Below, piece by piece: positions 1 to 11,227 of a DNA stretch of 33,000 bases. Made by a program: the position numbers and the translations under genes. The DNA is taken from contig RDEW01000011.1 in the NCBI GenBank assembly GCA_011109175.1, positions 776,061 to 809,060 on the forward strand. The letters run 5' to 3'. Numbering within the stretch: the first letter of the stretch is position 1; every line of letters begins with the position of its first letter. The notes beneath the pieces were generated by a model that saw only the letters and a list, made by a program, of their open reading frames with translations, ran no database searches and had not been told where the DNA came from. This DNA comes from Dicyema japonicum. Lineage: Eukaryota > Animalia > Dicyemida.

Positions 1-1195
1 CACGGATTCCGCTAAGGACACTCAACAACGACTTATTTAACAAAACTGGTCCAATTCAAAAACTGGCAGACAGGACATTTAGCCACAATTCAATTAAGCA
101 TAAATGATAAAGAAATACACTATGTATTTTAATAACGGTAAAAAATGGAATTTACACAAACCACTTGTAGAAAGAGAAAATTTTTGCATGATGGCTATGC
201 GTACATTATGGATAGACAATGTCATATATCGGAGACGTGAGCTGAAAGCAAAATGCAAAGGCAGATTAAGAACTGTTAACAAGAACTTAGTGGACCTATG
301 ACACCACACGAATATCCACCAAATGCAGGACGTTTACATGCGCTGAAAACCGTCAATACGATAAAGAAGAGAGCGAGAGATTCTGAAGAAACACCATCCA
401 CAGTTATCCAAAAATGTTTAAGCACATACCCCATTGATGCTGCTTGTGCGCTACCCAAAAAAGAAACTGCTACTTCACTTTGGGCAGTGTTTATGCCAAA
501 AAATACAAAATCTAGGACTGCAGGCATGGTATAATGACCCAGCAAATGCAAACTTAATTAAAAGTATTCAAGCACTGGCATTTGTTCATGTACCTCAAGT
601 CATTGAGAGTTTCTGAGCGCTCCTTGAAACTATAGATGACGAGACTGATGACGTGTTGGGAGATTTTCTGACCTTTTTTGAGACAACATGGATCAGAGCC
701 TTGCAACGTGGAGGGAGAAGAAGACTATTGTTTAGTTTGGAAATGTGGAATGTACACGACAGACAGGCAGAAGGCCTCCCAAGAACTACAAATTCACTTG
801 AAGGATGGCACAGATCTTTTTCACAAAGAGTGTCTATAAAACAACCGTTTGTCGCCTTGTTGCAAAAATACGCAAAGAACAGTCAGAGTGGGAGCTCACA
901 GTAGAACAAGTTGGATTTATGAAATCAAGAAGTACCAGGATGTGAACAAAGGGATACACAGTATTATTGAAAAATATGATGAATACACTCTAGTTGAATT
1001 TTTGAGTGCGCTTTCTCACAACCTTTAAGTAAATTTTAACTTTTTACCTACAGAACAATGAGTATTTATGTAACTTTTTAACTCATTTTATTTGATGTTT
1101 TTATCTTGAATTTTAAAACAATGTGCTAATAAAAAGTATGACATATTTCTTTGTTATTTGTGCTAAATTTTCTGTAGGCCAAATTTCTGGACACC
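1..1195 (+). mobile_element. Decayed, internally deleted MULE (Mutator-like, FLYWCH-type) DNA transposon
   Basis: Frameshifted peptides HDGYAYIMD/VIYRRRELKAKCKGRLRT (FLYWCH-like), KTVNTIKKRARDSEETPSTVI, YNDP..IKSIQALAFV, FFETTWI and WNVHDR..LPRTTNSLEGWHRSF match animal MULE transposases. The DDE core appears deleted near 520. Probable right end ...GGCCAAATTTCTGGACACC at ~1195; imperfect inverted similarity to 68-92. Boundaries approximate. Confidence 0.72.
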
Positions 1196-1742
1196 TTGAT
1201 TTCGAACTTTTCCGGAGAATGAACCCACTCAGTCGTACCTCAAAACAATTTAACACTAGGTTTCTACTAAAGCCATCGAAAGCTTTGGTATCAACAAACT
1301 CTAGGACGTTTGACGCTGCGATACTTTCTTATCCGGGAAGTTTGCATCCTTTTAGTGCGCTTTCGCAGCGGTTACCATACGGATTTACACGACCACATGA
1401 TCAGGACGATGGGCTATATGGTCACTAATCTCGTCACTGTGACCTCTCTTCCCTCTAGAGTCTATACGGTCACCTAATCTCTTGTATTGGCCCCCTTTGA
1501 TTTTTCACATCAGATGCCCTCCCTTACACTAAATGTCTTCATCTTCTCAGGGTGGATGCGCCCTCTTACCTCTTCCTTGATACTCAGAATACATCAGTCG
1601 TGAACTAACACAGCATAGGATGCGCCAACATCCTAATTCGGATTCCATCTCCCACGAATTTGAGGAACCTGGACAAGTATGCCTAAGGAAGACAAGGGAG
1701 TTATCAGTTACATGAAAACAAACTTTAGTAGAATAAAACAAA

Positions 1743-2515
1743 TCACTTTTGAAAGACTGAGAGAGGCCTCGAGAAACCTAAATAGATAGAGGTCCCCAAC
1801 CCTTAGTACACTCATCACAAACGACGTCCTCCACAAATACAAACATCAAGTCTTCAACCAAATACCTCCTAAACTCTCAGGCATGAACTTCAAATTCTGG
1901 TAATTCAAAGAGGCTTTTTCCTGTAAAATAAGAAAAAATGTAAACCGAAGAGTTTCGGTTCTTCACATAGCTCTCCCACGTCTGAATCTCAATAATAAGA
2001 AGTCCCCAGAAACCAGATCAGCATGCATTCGTCTAAACGTAGTTCTGAGGCCCTCATCCCCATTTATTAGATGAATCCACTTTGTGAGGATAAGGCCAAT
2101 ATCGTGTCGTACCGTCTCGCTGGGATGTACGCTTCAATGTCACATGGAACGTAATTTTCCTGTTAAATTACATATTTTTCATTAAAGTGGGGGATATAAG
2201 TATAGTTACATAGGAGAAGGCAATATTGGAAGGGAATGAGTCAGATGGCGTTTGGTGGAGGATCTTACGGGAGGCTTTGAGTATTAGACTCCGGTCGATG
2301 TCGATTCCGAGAATGTGACGGGGCAAAAACGTTTTGGCAATCATGATGGTTACATAGCCAACATTGCAGCCAATGTCTAATACTTCTTTGTCTCTGAACC
2401 AGACGTCCTTCATTGCCTCTATCCTGGGGTCCTCCTGATTTCCAATTCTATACCCATAATAACGGTCATAGTTGCCGTATGGAAATCGCTTTTTTAATTT
2501 ACTACTTTTGTTCAT
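1743..2515 (-). CDS. MEPCE: Bin3/MEPCE-family RNA methylphosphate capping methyltransferase (compact, MTase domain only); 3 introns and one apparent frameshift
   Basis: FPYGNYDRYYGYR, VLDIGCNVG, ILGIDID, LSLTKWIHL..GDEGL..FRR, C-terminal TKGFSRPLSVFQK*. GT-AG introns at 2160-2209 (50 nt), 1921-1945 (25 nt), 1778-1800 (23 nt). Frame shifts at ~1874-1878. Confidence 0.9.
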
Positions 2516-2699
2516 TACACGACAATTTTTTTTAATATTGCCTCTTATATTTTTTTTAAATATTGTTTATTTTTATAATTTAATTTACACTTATTTTAAT
2601 AAACATTTACAATTATTTTCCTCGTAGGTCTCTTATAAACAAATAATAAGTGGAGCCCATTATATTCTCTCCAACACTACAAAATTTCGACTAGCTCCA

Positions 2700-3420
2700 C
2701 CAATGTTCTGAGTGAACGAACTCCATGACATGCTATCTGTGAAAATAAGTGATTTAGAATTAAAGGTTTCTCGTAGTATACCAGTTGATCTTGAAAAGTG
2801 AGATACGATATCACCTCTCCATTCATACTCGTATAAAATTGACCTGGTGGAGGAAGATACTTTGCTATATGATGTTTATATTGATGTGAGACGAAGATTG
2901 CAACTAGAACTGCGGAAAATATGTCTACCCAGTGATTCAAAGCATTATGGGCTAGAATCTGCTACTCGTTCAAGATTGGCTCTTGGAATATACCGCATAT
3001 GGCGACTGGTGGTATTCGAATTCTTATGAAAGGCCAAAATCCCTCTAATAGTCACAAGACTATTATAAAGGTTTATTCTCCACAATATGCAAGGGTGGCG
3101 AAAGATCCTATTGAACTAGAATACTTTAATCAGAGTTATCGAAAATAAAAAAAGAGTCGTCATCGCTGATATTCCAAGGCGAGTAACTACATTCTCAAAC
3201 GGTATGGGATATCGGTGGCAAGGATCTTTTTGATCAGAAAGTGTCTAGACCGGTCAGAAGCTTTATTTTGTCGATTGATGCAACAGTCGTTCAATCAAGA
3301 GGTTGGACTCGCATGCTTACAGATGTGACATAATCAATCTGCTTGGCAGATAAGTTAAAGAACTCTTTGCTTACTGTAGATTATCAAGAATTCACGTACA
3401 ATTGGAAAATCTCTGAAGCA
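2700..3420 (+). mobile_element. Highly decayed RTE LINE endonuclease (APE) fragment
   Basis: LPSDSKHYGL, YRIWR and VYSPQYARVAKDPIELEYFNQ align by eye with the better RTE copy at 16.3-16.5 kb (FPTECKHYGM, HRYWR, IYAPHCGREIKNPGELEEFYS). Boundaries approximate. Confidence 0.55.
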
Positions 3421-3829
3421 TGAATTAAAGTTGCTATGTGATATTGTGCCTAAAATAATGAAAACCCATTAAAAGTAATAAATAGGGCAACCAGAAAATT
3501 GCAATTTTCAAAATACAAATTGCAAATAATTTTTTAATTGTAAAATTGCATTATTTATGATTAAACTCCCAAAGTCCATCTTCAAATTTAGAGACAATTT
3601 TAACAACTTCTAGAAGATTCTGGAGTAATATTTGCTGTTTTTAGCCAGCTTCCCCATCTTGTGAGAACAACTTACGATGGATTTCCTATTTGTGAGAACA
3701 TTTCACAGCGTCTTTTGTTCTTCCCCCTTAAAGAAGAAATCAGGGTATCAACATGTTTGAAGTAGGATTTTATTCCTTGTGTAATAGATGTGAAACAAAA
3801 GTGACGTGGAAAAGATTTTGATATTAAAT

Positions 3830-4090
3830 TAAATTTATTCCATAGACCAATGGTAACCATACAAACTAACTCCTTGATCTTGACTCGTTCCAGCATTCCA
3901 GAACTTATCTCCAGGTAACGACATTGTCCTCGAAAAAAGAATAGTGGATCCTTTTGATGCCGGTCAGGCATTGGGCGTCTCCTCAGTAAGGTGGATCCAA
4001 TGAGGCCATCGGAAGGAAATAAAATAATTTATGACAAACTATCCACATAGCACCACATGGCGCCACGCGGCATATTCATTGATGTCCCAG
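3830..4090 (-). repeat. Unclassified dispersed repeat, copy 1 (internally deleted relative to the copy at 21.0-21.5 kb)
   Basis: High nucleotide similarity to 21035-21480 (e.g. GAATAGTGGATCCTTTTGATGCCG, GGCATTGGGCGTCTCCTCAGTA); about 200 bp is missing near 4070. Confidence 0.8.
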
Positions 4091-4287
4091 CTAGAATTAG
4101 ATTTATTCCTACCACTTGTCATATATCTTGCAGCACGTGTGACGAATAAGAGGAAATTTTCACGTTCAATTGAAAATGTTGAAGTTGTAGGCAGAGAATG
4201 TAGGTAGTTACATGATACGAGAAATAATTATAGCAGGTTTTTAAAACTTTTTTTATTCTTAATTAATTTTAAATTATTTATTTTCAG

Positions 4288-4393
4288 AAAGAAAAGGGAT
4301 CAACGAGAAGGGTTATGGCTAAGACAAAAGATTGGAATGGCCATACTCCGAGGGAACTCGTTCGCAATCCACGCAGCCGGCTTTTTCAACTGA
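4288..4393 (+). mobile_element. CRE-like (RLE) non-LTR retrotransposon 3' end, copy A
   Basis: KRDQREGLWLRQKIGMAILRGNSFAIHAAGFFN* matches the RQRISxAIxRGN C-terminus of CRE-type restriction-like-endonuclease ORFs; AT-rich tail follows. Confidence 0.7.
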
Positions 4394-4452
4394 CATTTGT
4401 TTAATTTTTTTTTGAAGAAAGAAATTTTATTATCAAATGAATAAAAATTAAA

Positions 4453-4587
4453 TTAAGGCATCTGACTGGCCATGCTATTTCCCCTAACAATAGCCAACGA
4501 GATACGTTCTCGGAACCAACCAGTCTCTCGCGGATCCTTGGTCACAGCTTGAATCATGGAGCCGATCTTACGAACCGACTCATCTGC
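4453..4587 (-). mobile_element. CRE-like retrotransposon 3' end, copy B (different subfamily)
   Basis: ADESVRKIGSMIQAVTKDPRETGWFRERISLAIVRGNSMASQMP*. Confidence 0.72.
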
Positions 4588-4797
4588 TTGTTTAATTGTT
4601 AAAAAAACAATTTTAAAATGAAAAAATATAACTACAATTAAAAAAATTTATTTGCAATTTGTATTTTATAAATTGCAATTTTTCTGGTTGCCCTATTATT
4701 ATTCACTACTTTAATATTTATCTTTTTTAATTAAAGACATTTTTTCTACTTTTCTCTCTTGTCTTTCCTTAATAAAAGTATTTAAAATTAAAGACAA

Positions 4798-4986
4798 TTA
4801 TTTATCATAGAAACAATTGTTAGTTGAGGAAGCCGCGATCGAGTTCCCTCGGAGTATGGCCATTCCAATCTTTTGTCTTAGCCATAACCATTCTTGTCGA
4901 TCTAATGTCTTTCTGGCAAGCATTCCTCCGAGTTTGCGCAAGAATTCAGCCGTCATTCGACCAACGGCTCCCGATGACTTGACCAT
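4798..4986 (-). mobile_element. CRE-like retrotransposon 3' end, copy C
   Basis: SSGAVGRMTAEFLRKLGGMLARKTLDRQEWLWLRQKIGMAILRGNS; 4840-4889 is an exact 50-bp reverse complement of 4311-4360 in copy A. Confidence 0.75.
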
Positions 4987-5084
4987 CTAACTTTATTAAA
5001 TTATATTTAATTGCAATTTATTGCAATTAGTTGCCCTAGTAATAAATATTATATATTGATTTGAAGTGAATAATTCTTAAATAT

Positions 5085-5583
5085 AAGGTGTTTCTCGTGT
5101 GTTGTTGCTATACGGCTGAAGACCGTTTTATACAAGTTGGGAGAATAGTTTATATTCAACGTGGCAAAATGAAAGACAGTCAATATTGTCGACCAGAACA
5201 CAGCAACAATTGTTCGTCATTATAGTACTTCGTGGATGGCCCTGACCAGTCTGTCTCCAGGCAAACAGTCAAGTGCAAGTGGGTTTCCACATCCCATTGA
5301 AAATAGACATACAATTTGGCGCCAAAAAGAAAGCAATCAAAAAGGCTTGGGGTGATGTCAACGAGCAATGGTAGAACTCCTCCTTCTATAAATCCCTCCA
5401 GTCGTTCAAGATTGTAATTATTGTCAGTGAATACTTAGAAAATGAACATGAACGACTATGACAGATACAAATACATGAGGGCCAAGCAGAGCATGAACAA
5501 GCTATAAAGAGGAAGGTCACCTATCTCAAGTCACTCAAAAGTGGTGTGAAGACCACTCATATAAGGAGAAAATTGCTGCCTGA
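5085..5583 (+). pseudogene. RPL14: 60S ribosomal protein L14 (eL14) unprocessed pseudogene
   Basis: AEDRFIQVGRIVYI, IVDQNT, FVDGPDQSVSRQ, FGAKKKAIKKAW, MNDYDRYKYMRAKQSMN match eL14. At least 3 frameshifts, an in-frame TAG at ~5371, start apparently ATG>AAG, and retained 23-27 nt intron remnants. Confidence 0.85.
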
Positions 5584-6009
5584 TTGCTGTTTAAACGTGT
5601 TAGATCTTCTATTTTGCTGTGAGTTGATGGAATTAATTCCCCTATTGTTCGGGTGACTCCCATCAACGTTTATTCGTTTCTCTAAGACCATTGCCTGCGT
5701 CTTTCCATTAAGGGACTGTCTGAACTATGTCTACTTTAAATTTCCATACTCCATGCTCTGCCTCCACCCCCGTGAGAATTATTTACCTCTAAAGAACCGC
5801 CTATTTTCGATTGCAAATACAGTCGACCCTCGCAAATTCGCCATTTATGGTTCCTTAGAATTTTGTGGCAATTTGAAAAAAATAAAATCAATAATTTTGA
5901 AGAACAATGAACAAAGAATTTAAAAATTCCTTAAATAACAAAAAACGTAATTAAGTTTTATTAAAATTTAATTGTTAAATGTTTTTGCTTTGTACTTTCT
6001 CAGATAATA

Positions 6010-6072
6010 CAGTCGAACCCAAAAATCGAGGGTGCCCAAAGGCGGGGGTTTTGTTAAGGCGGGGTTCGACTG
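6010..6072. mobile_element. 63-bp pogo/Tc1-mariner-type mini-MITE
   Basis: Perfect 11-bp TIR CAGTCGAACCC/GGGTTCGACTG flanked by TA (6008-6009, 6073-6074). A related half TIR, TACAGTCGACCCTC, lies at ~5818. Confidence 0.6.
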
Positions 6073-6399
6073 TACTTGCTTTGTACTTTCTTATAGAAGA
6101 AATTAGAGAAACTTAATGTTCATTCTCAACATTGGCTGATTTCCTTCTCTATTGCAGTTAATCTAACTACAATATTTTTTTTGTTTTTTTCCGATTCTTG
6201 TTCACTATTTTCTGAACCTTCTAAAGAATTTTCATTAAATCCAAAAAATGCGGTCTTGGTAGATATTAGGCATCATTCAAAAAACCACCTAGGAAATTGA
6301 TTTTTCGATAAATACCTTTAGATTCTTCTACCTCAATTCAGTCTACCAACTTCTCTTCAAGCTTTGGAAACTGAGTCTGTGGTAGGTTACTATTACCTT

Positions 6400-7190
6400 C
6401 TTTCTGGGCAGAAACATCCTGGATCATATGGGTCCTTGTTAGGTCTTGGAATAGGAATGATTCTCGATTGTCACAAGACACGAACAAATCAGTAGTTTAG
6501 GAAAGTAGTGGAAATTCTGTGAAAGCCTTTAACTTCTCTAGATCGAGGTTCTTCATCTACAAATTCCAATCGGCCCTCTTGTTGATGTGTTCTTGACATT
6601 CATTGGATCACCCACTTCCATCATAGTTTTTTTTGGTGGGCTGTCGGATTGAAGATAATCTATTTTTCTTTTTTGTGACCCCAAATAGGTTTTTTTCATC
6701 TTCATGTGACCGACTTCCGATTTGTAATTTATTGTCTGCTTGTCCTTCAAGGATTTGGTTGATGATGTTTATTAACTCCAAATGTGTGGGTTACGCTTTT
6801 TGTCTGGTCTTGGAGATATATTTTAGAATAATTTAGAATTCTGGTTTTCTTTCTGTGATTTAGACTGGAGACAAATTCGTTCAGTTTTTTGTGACAAAAT
6901 CAGTTCGAAAATCTTGTGATTTAAAATGGAAAACCCATGACGGAGATACGTCTCAAAAAGAATTGATGCTGATAAAAGCTCCAAGTGGGTGTCATTCAGC
7001 ACGTGCAGTGTCTGTCGTGTAGGCAATGGAATGGTGTCCCTGCCAGTGTTAGAAAACCTCCACTGTTTGAACCACATTTTAAGTTTACACGCATACGGGA
7101 AAATCTTTTAAATATTGTCGTAGAATTCGATGGAATGAGGGTATCTTGAAGTTTAACAATGTCTACACGTAAAAAACAGCTCGAATTCAC
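6400..7190 (-). mobile_element. Decayed non-RTE LINE fragments (APE N-terminus and RT IIPIP motif)
   Basis: VDIVKLQDT..GGFLTL (APE-like) at ~7050-7180 and RIIPIPRPNKDP at ~6430-6470; the rest is unalignable. Confidence 0.4.
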
Positions 7191-7372
7191 CTTTTTACGG
7201 CATGGGTGGCCAGCTGGTCGATCGCAGTCGCTTGATTTTTAATGCTTGATATAAAAATTGCTAATTATTTTTTTGTATTTAAATTATATAAAAAATATGT
7301 GAAAATTATATAAATTCGAACCAAATGAGAAGCAGACTATAGTTTTACGATGCACATGGAAAATGCACATGT

Positions 7373-8259
7373 AAATAATAATAACAGCCTTTGTACGAGA
7401 GCCATAATAATTATAGCTCCGTATAGGCAGGACACACATTTTATTTAAATAAAGAACAGTGAATTTTTACTAATCGTAGGACCAAGGAATGATCTTCACT
7501 TCTTTTTTTCTTTTTCTTGTGTGTGGGTCTTTTCTAGTTCCGTAGTGAGTATCCACTGATGACGGCGTCACTCGTTCTAGACCAGTGTTTCTAAACGTGG
7601 TCCCCAGAAATATTTTTAGGTCAATTAATTTTTATGACTAAAAAAATTATTTAATTTTTATTACTTATTCGCATTAGAATATTTAATTAATTTTATTCCA
7701 CGTGTTTTTTGTTATTTGATTGTAATGGTTAATCACAAATGGATTGATTCTTATGTCCAATATGGATTTACCCAATATACTGGATCTGACAACGTCGATA
7801 AAGCGCAGTGTGTTATGTGCGACGTCACAATGGGAAACAACTCTTTGAATCGTCACAATTAAAAAGACATAAGGAAAAACTCACTCACAAAATGTTGACA
7901 CTGTCGAAAGTTTTATTGCAAAGAGAACTAAATATGATAAATCTGGAAAACTTAGTAATTTCGGATTTAGACCAATAGATAAAGTATGTCTGCTAGTTTC
8001 ATATGAAGTATTAATAATTGAAGCATTTATTTTAGAAATCCTTAATTATTGCCAAAAACAGTCTCTCACTTTTTGGAGAAAATTTAATAAAACCTGCCGC
8101 AAAAATCACACTAACTCTAAATATTATGATTTTTTAATTTTGTTAGTTTTTTTCATTAAATTGTTCTGTTACATGTGGTCCCCAGAAAAATTCAACAGAC
8201 TAAAGTGGTCCCCGGTCAAAAAAGGTTAAGAAACACTGCTCTAGACAATCCAGTTCCGC
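7373..8259 (-). mobile_element. 5'-truncated tRNA-SINE copy (interrupted by a Charlie element)
   Basis: Reverse complement of the SINE body and tail seen at 12.6 and 29.2 kb; (TTA)n-type tail at ~7373-7384; TSD AATG(C/T)ACATGT at 7362-7372 and 8260-8270. Confidence 0.8.
7583..8238 (+). mobile_element. Non-autonomous hAT Charlie/Buster element
   Basis: TIRs CAGTGTTTCTAAAC / GTTAAGAAACACTG; 8-bp TSD TTCTAGAC/CTCTAGAC (known NTCTAGAN preference); remnants YVQYGFTQ..AQCVMC..NNSL..LKRH and ENLIKPAAK. Confidence 0.87.
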
Positions 8260-8420
8260 AATGTACATGTGTGTCATGCAATGAAATTATTTTATTATCT
8301 AAAAGAGGAAATCTTTGTCGGCATCTTAATTTATTACATCCCTATTTCAACAATGATTTTTCTTTACTAAAAGAAAAGTTTAACAATAAAAAAAAATTTT
8401 TTTCCCGACAGATAGCTTTG

Positions 8421-11227
8421 TTGGTTGAGTTGGTTGACACCACTCTCATTGTAATGTCTTCATCGTATTCTCAATCAATCCACTCTACGCTTTTTTTCAT
8501 TACATCTTTCAATGTCAGAGAAATTGCCTCAAACATTAAACAGAACATTCTATGTACGGATCTAGAAAGATACAAAACTGGTGTGGCATGTCTGCAAAAG
8601 ACCAAGGTGACAGAACGAGATGTATGCTATGACAATTACCGGTTAATACTACTACTACATCCGACTACCGTCATTATGGGATGGGCTTTACATCTCACTT
8701 GTGGATCGGTTACTCAGTATGGAGAGTAACAGACCGAATTGCTATTATCCAACTTAATATCGGATCACGTAATAAGAGATCGATCATGACTGTCATAAAT
8801 GTGTATGCCCCCCACACAGGAAGATTATCAACTTCTATAGATGAGCTTGATTTTTATATGAGTTTATCAGAAGTATACTCTCAGCTCTGCTCGTCCACGC
8901 TAATTTATATTGCGGGAAACTGGAATTCAAAGGCAGGAATTAAACGCAGAGGTGAACGTTGCATTGGTAATCACAAAAAAAGATATCGAAATTCTGGAAA
9001 TTTTATGATCGACTTTTGTAATACCTACGATTTGTTTCTGTGCAACACGGCATTTCAGCACGCCACCCAACACATGGGTAGGTTGTAGAACAAACAAAAA
9101 TGGAGAGGAACAAAAAATATTCAATCAAATAGATTATATTTTGTGCAAGCAGTCGCACAAGAGATTATTAGTGGACTCTCGTTCGTATGGAAGAGCATTG
9201 AAAAATAGCGATCACAAGATCGTAGTCTGTCGGTTGAATCTTAGCAGGCTTTATGGAATAAGCGAATCATGCACGTCCCAGAAAAACACAGATGATAGCG
9301 GGAAAAGAATTAGTAAATAATCCTGCACTCCTCACGAGATACCAGCAGCGAATGGACCAGTATCTATCCAATATTTCTATGGATGACCTACCCCACATCG
9401 TGTGTAAAAAAATCTCTGAAGCCATAATGACGGCTGCCAAAGAAACAGTTGGGATTCGCGAATTGTCTATCCGTCAACGAGATATAAGATTTCAAATTGA
9501 AGCTTGTGGTCCTGAACGAAAATCCGAATAAAAAAGTTGCGAAATACAATCCAACACGAAATTAAGAAGAATGTGCTCCGATCATGGTCGGACTTTTTGG
9601 ACCAACGAGTATTGGAAGTGGAAAGATTACATGTGCAAAATTGTTTATGGCTGTGCGTTTACTCAACCGCAGGTCAGCTAGATATTTTACCCCTAACACA
9701 ATTCGAAGGACAGCCTCGTTCACTTAATAATGTGTTTACGGATTCAGAGATTTGCGGAGCCCTCCTTCGACTGAATAACAACAGAACAGCTGGACAATAT
9801 TCGTGGAGAGTTGTTAAAATACGCACCAACCCAGCTAGCAGAAAAGATAACTTTTACATTCAACGAGATATTCAGGACTCATTGTTCAACTGACATCGCG
9901 ATGGGAGTTCTACTTCCTTTACAAAAACATGGCAAAACTGCAGGTCCAATTAAAAATCTCAGGCCAATCGTGCTTTTGACCACTTTGCGAAAAACATTGT
10001 CGATTACAACATTGAATATCAAATTCAGTTGACCAATACTTGTCACCAAATCAAAGCGGATTCAGACCATGAAGATCGACCGCTGATATAAAATGGAGTC
10101 ATCGGTGGCTTACGGCAATATGTCAGAAGTGCAGAAAAACAACGTATATTCTGGGAGTCGACTTATCAAAAGCATTCGACTGTGTCTGCCGAGATAAACT
10201 ACTGCAAGTTCTCAAAACATAATTGATGAGGACTGTTAGAGGATTGTGCGTTTTTTGCTGGCTGACACGAGCCTCATAGTGAAAGTGGGGAAGGGCTATT
10301 CGAAAAAATTCACGACCGGGATTGGGATTCCGCAAGGGACTCGCTTTCGCCAGTTCTCTTTGCAATCTATTTGGAAGCTGCGTTGAGGGACGTTAGAAAA
10401 GAATTGGGTCACTTAAATAATCATTTTGTGGAATTAATATATGCTGATGACATCGATTTTGTGTCTGAGGATATGGAGGTACTAAGAATCGCCGTAGATA
10501 AAACCAAAACGGTTCTGGAGAGGTGGTCTTTAAAGATCAATTCAGAAAAAACAGAGTTAACTTCGATTCAGCGGTAATCGACACTGATTGATGAAAAATA
10601 GAAATTTACTAAAAGGCTTGGCTTGTTTTTGAATGATGCTGAGGACATTACTCGTAGAAAAATGTTGGCATCGTGTACACTGAAAAGATGTGGAATATTT
10701 GGACTCGCAGAAAACTTATCTCCTTAAATCTTCGGATGCGCTTATAACGCGTTCATACAACCAGTCCTATTTTATAACTCGGAAACATGGGAACTTCAAA
10801 ACCTGACCTTGACAGACTAGACACTTTTCATAGAAATCAATTGAGAAAAATTGCGGGAATCAAATGGCCACAGATTATCAAAAACGACACTCTCTACAAA
10901 ATATGTAAATGCAAACTAATGAGCAGAGAAGTAATACCTCACGCTGGCGACTTTTCGGACATGTTCTGAGAATGGACGACGTGATTCTTTTCAATCAAAT
11001 CATGGAATTGGATTTCGGGTACGGTCAAGATGTACGCTTCCCCTCTGCCTTAATAACGATTACGCACGAATTGGCGGTCAACTCAAAACTGGAGACGATC
11101 TTGAGGATATTTGTAAACGCGCGAGAAACAGAGCTAAATGGAGAGGGCTGACTGGGAGGATAGTCGAGTGTACGAATCCCTAGGCATTTTACGTGCTTAT
11201 GGCAACGCGGAACTAACTAACTAACTA
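8421..11227 (+). mobile_element. Near full-length, decayed RTE-clade LINE (single APE-RT ORF)
   Basis: TSFNVRE, CLQKTK, INVYAPH, NQIDYI (APE); LRPIVLLTTLRK, GVDLSKAFD, QGDSLSPVLFAIYLE, IYADDIDF (RT); RWRLFGHVLR; (CTAA)n tail. A 9-bp TSD ATAGCTTTG at 8412-8420 and 12477-12485 encloses the LINE plus the pogo in its tail. Confidence 0.9.

Larger units (their letters stand above)
3483..5038 (-). mobile_element. Non-autonomous hAT DNA transposon with nested cargo
   Basis: Terminal inverted repeats TAGGGCAAC (3483) / GTTGCCCTA (ends 5038) with subterminal TTGCAA motifs. Exact 8-bp TSD GTAATAAA at 3475-3482 and 5039-5046. Minus-strand transposase remnant at ~3570-3830 (FHVTFVSHLLH, LTRWGSWL; CxxH/TRW signature of hAT). 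Confidence 0.82.

Noticed and set aside
1123-1428. 101-aa ORF as a gene
   Set aside because: It begins inside the probable MULE terminus and has no recognisable domain.
3483-4695. Element defined by the 62-bp inverted repeat
   Set aside because: Its flanks (GTAATAAA vs TTATTATT) do not form a TSD; the exact TSD is at the 5038 end.
11213-11227. (CTAA)n as a telomeric repeat
   Set aside because: It lies directly at the 3' end of an RTE and inside its TSD, so it is a LINE tail.
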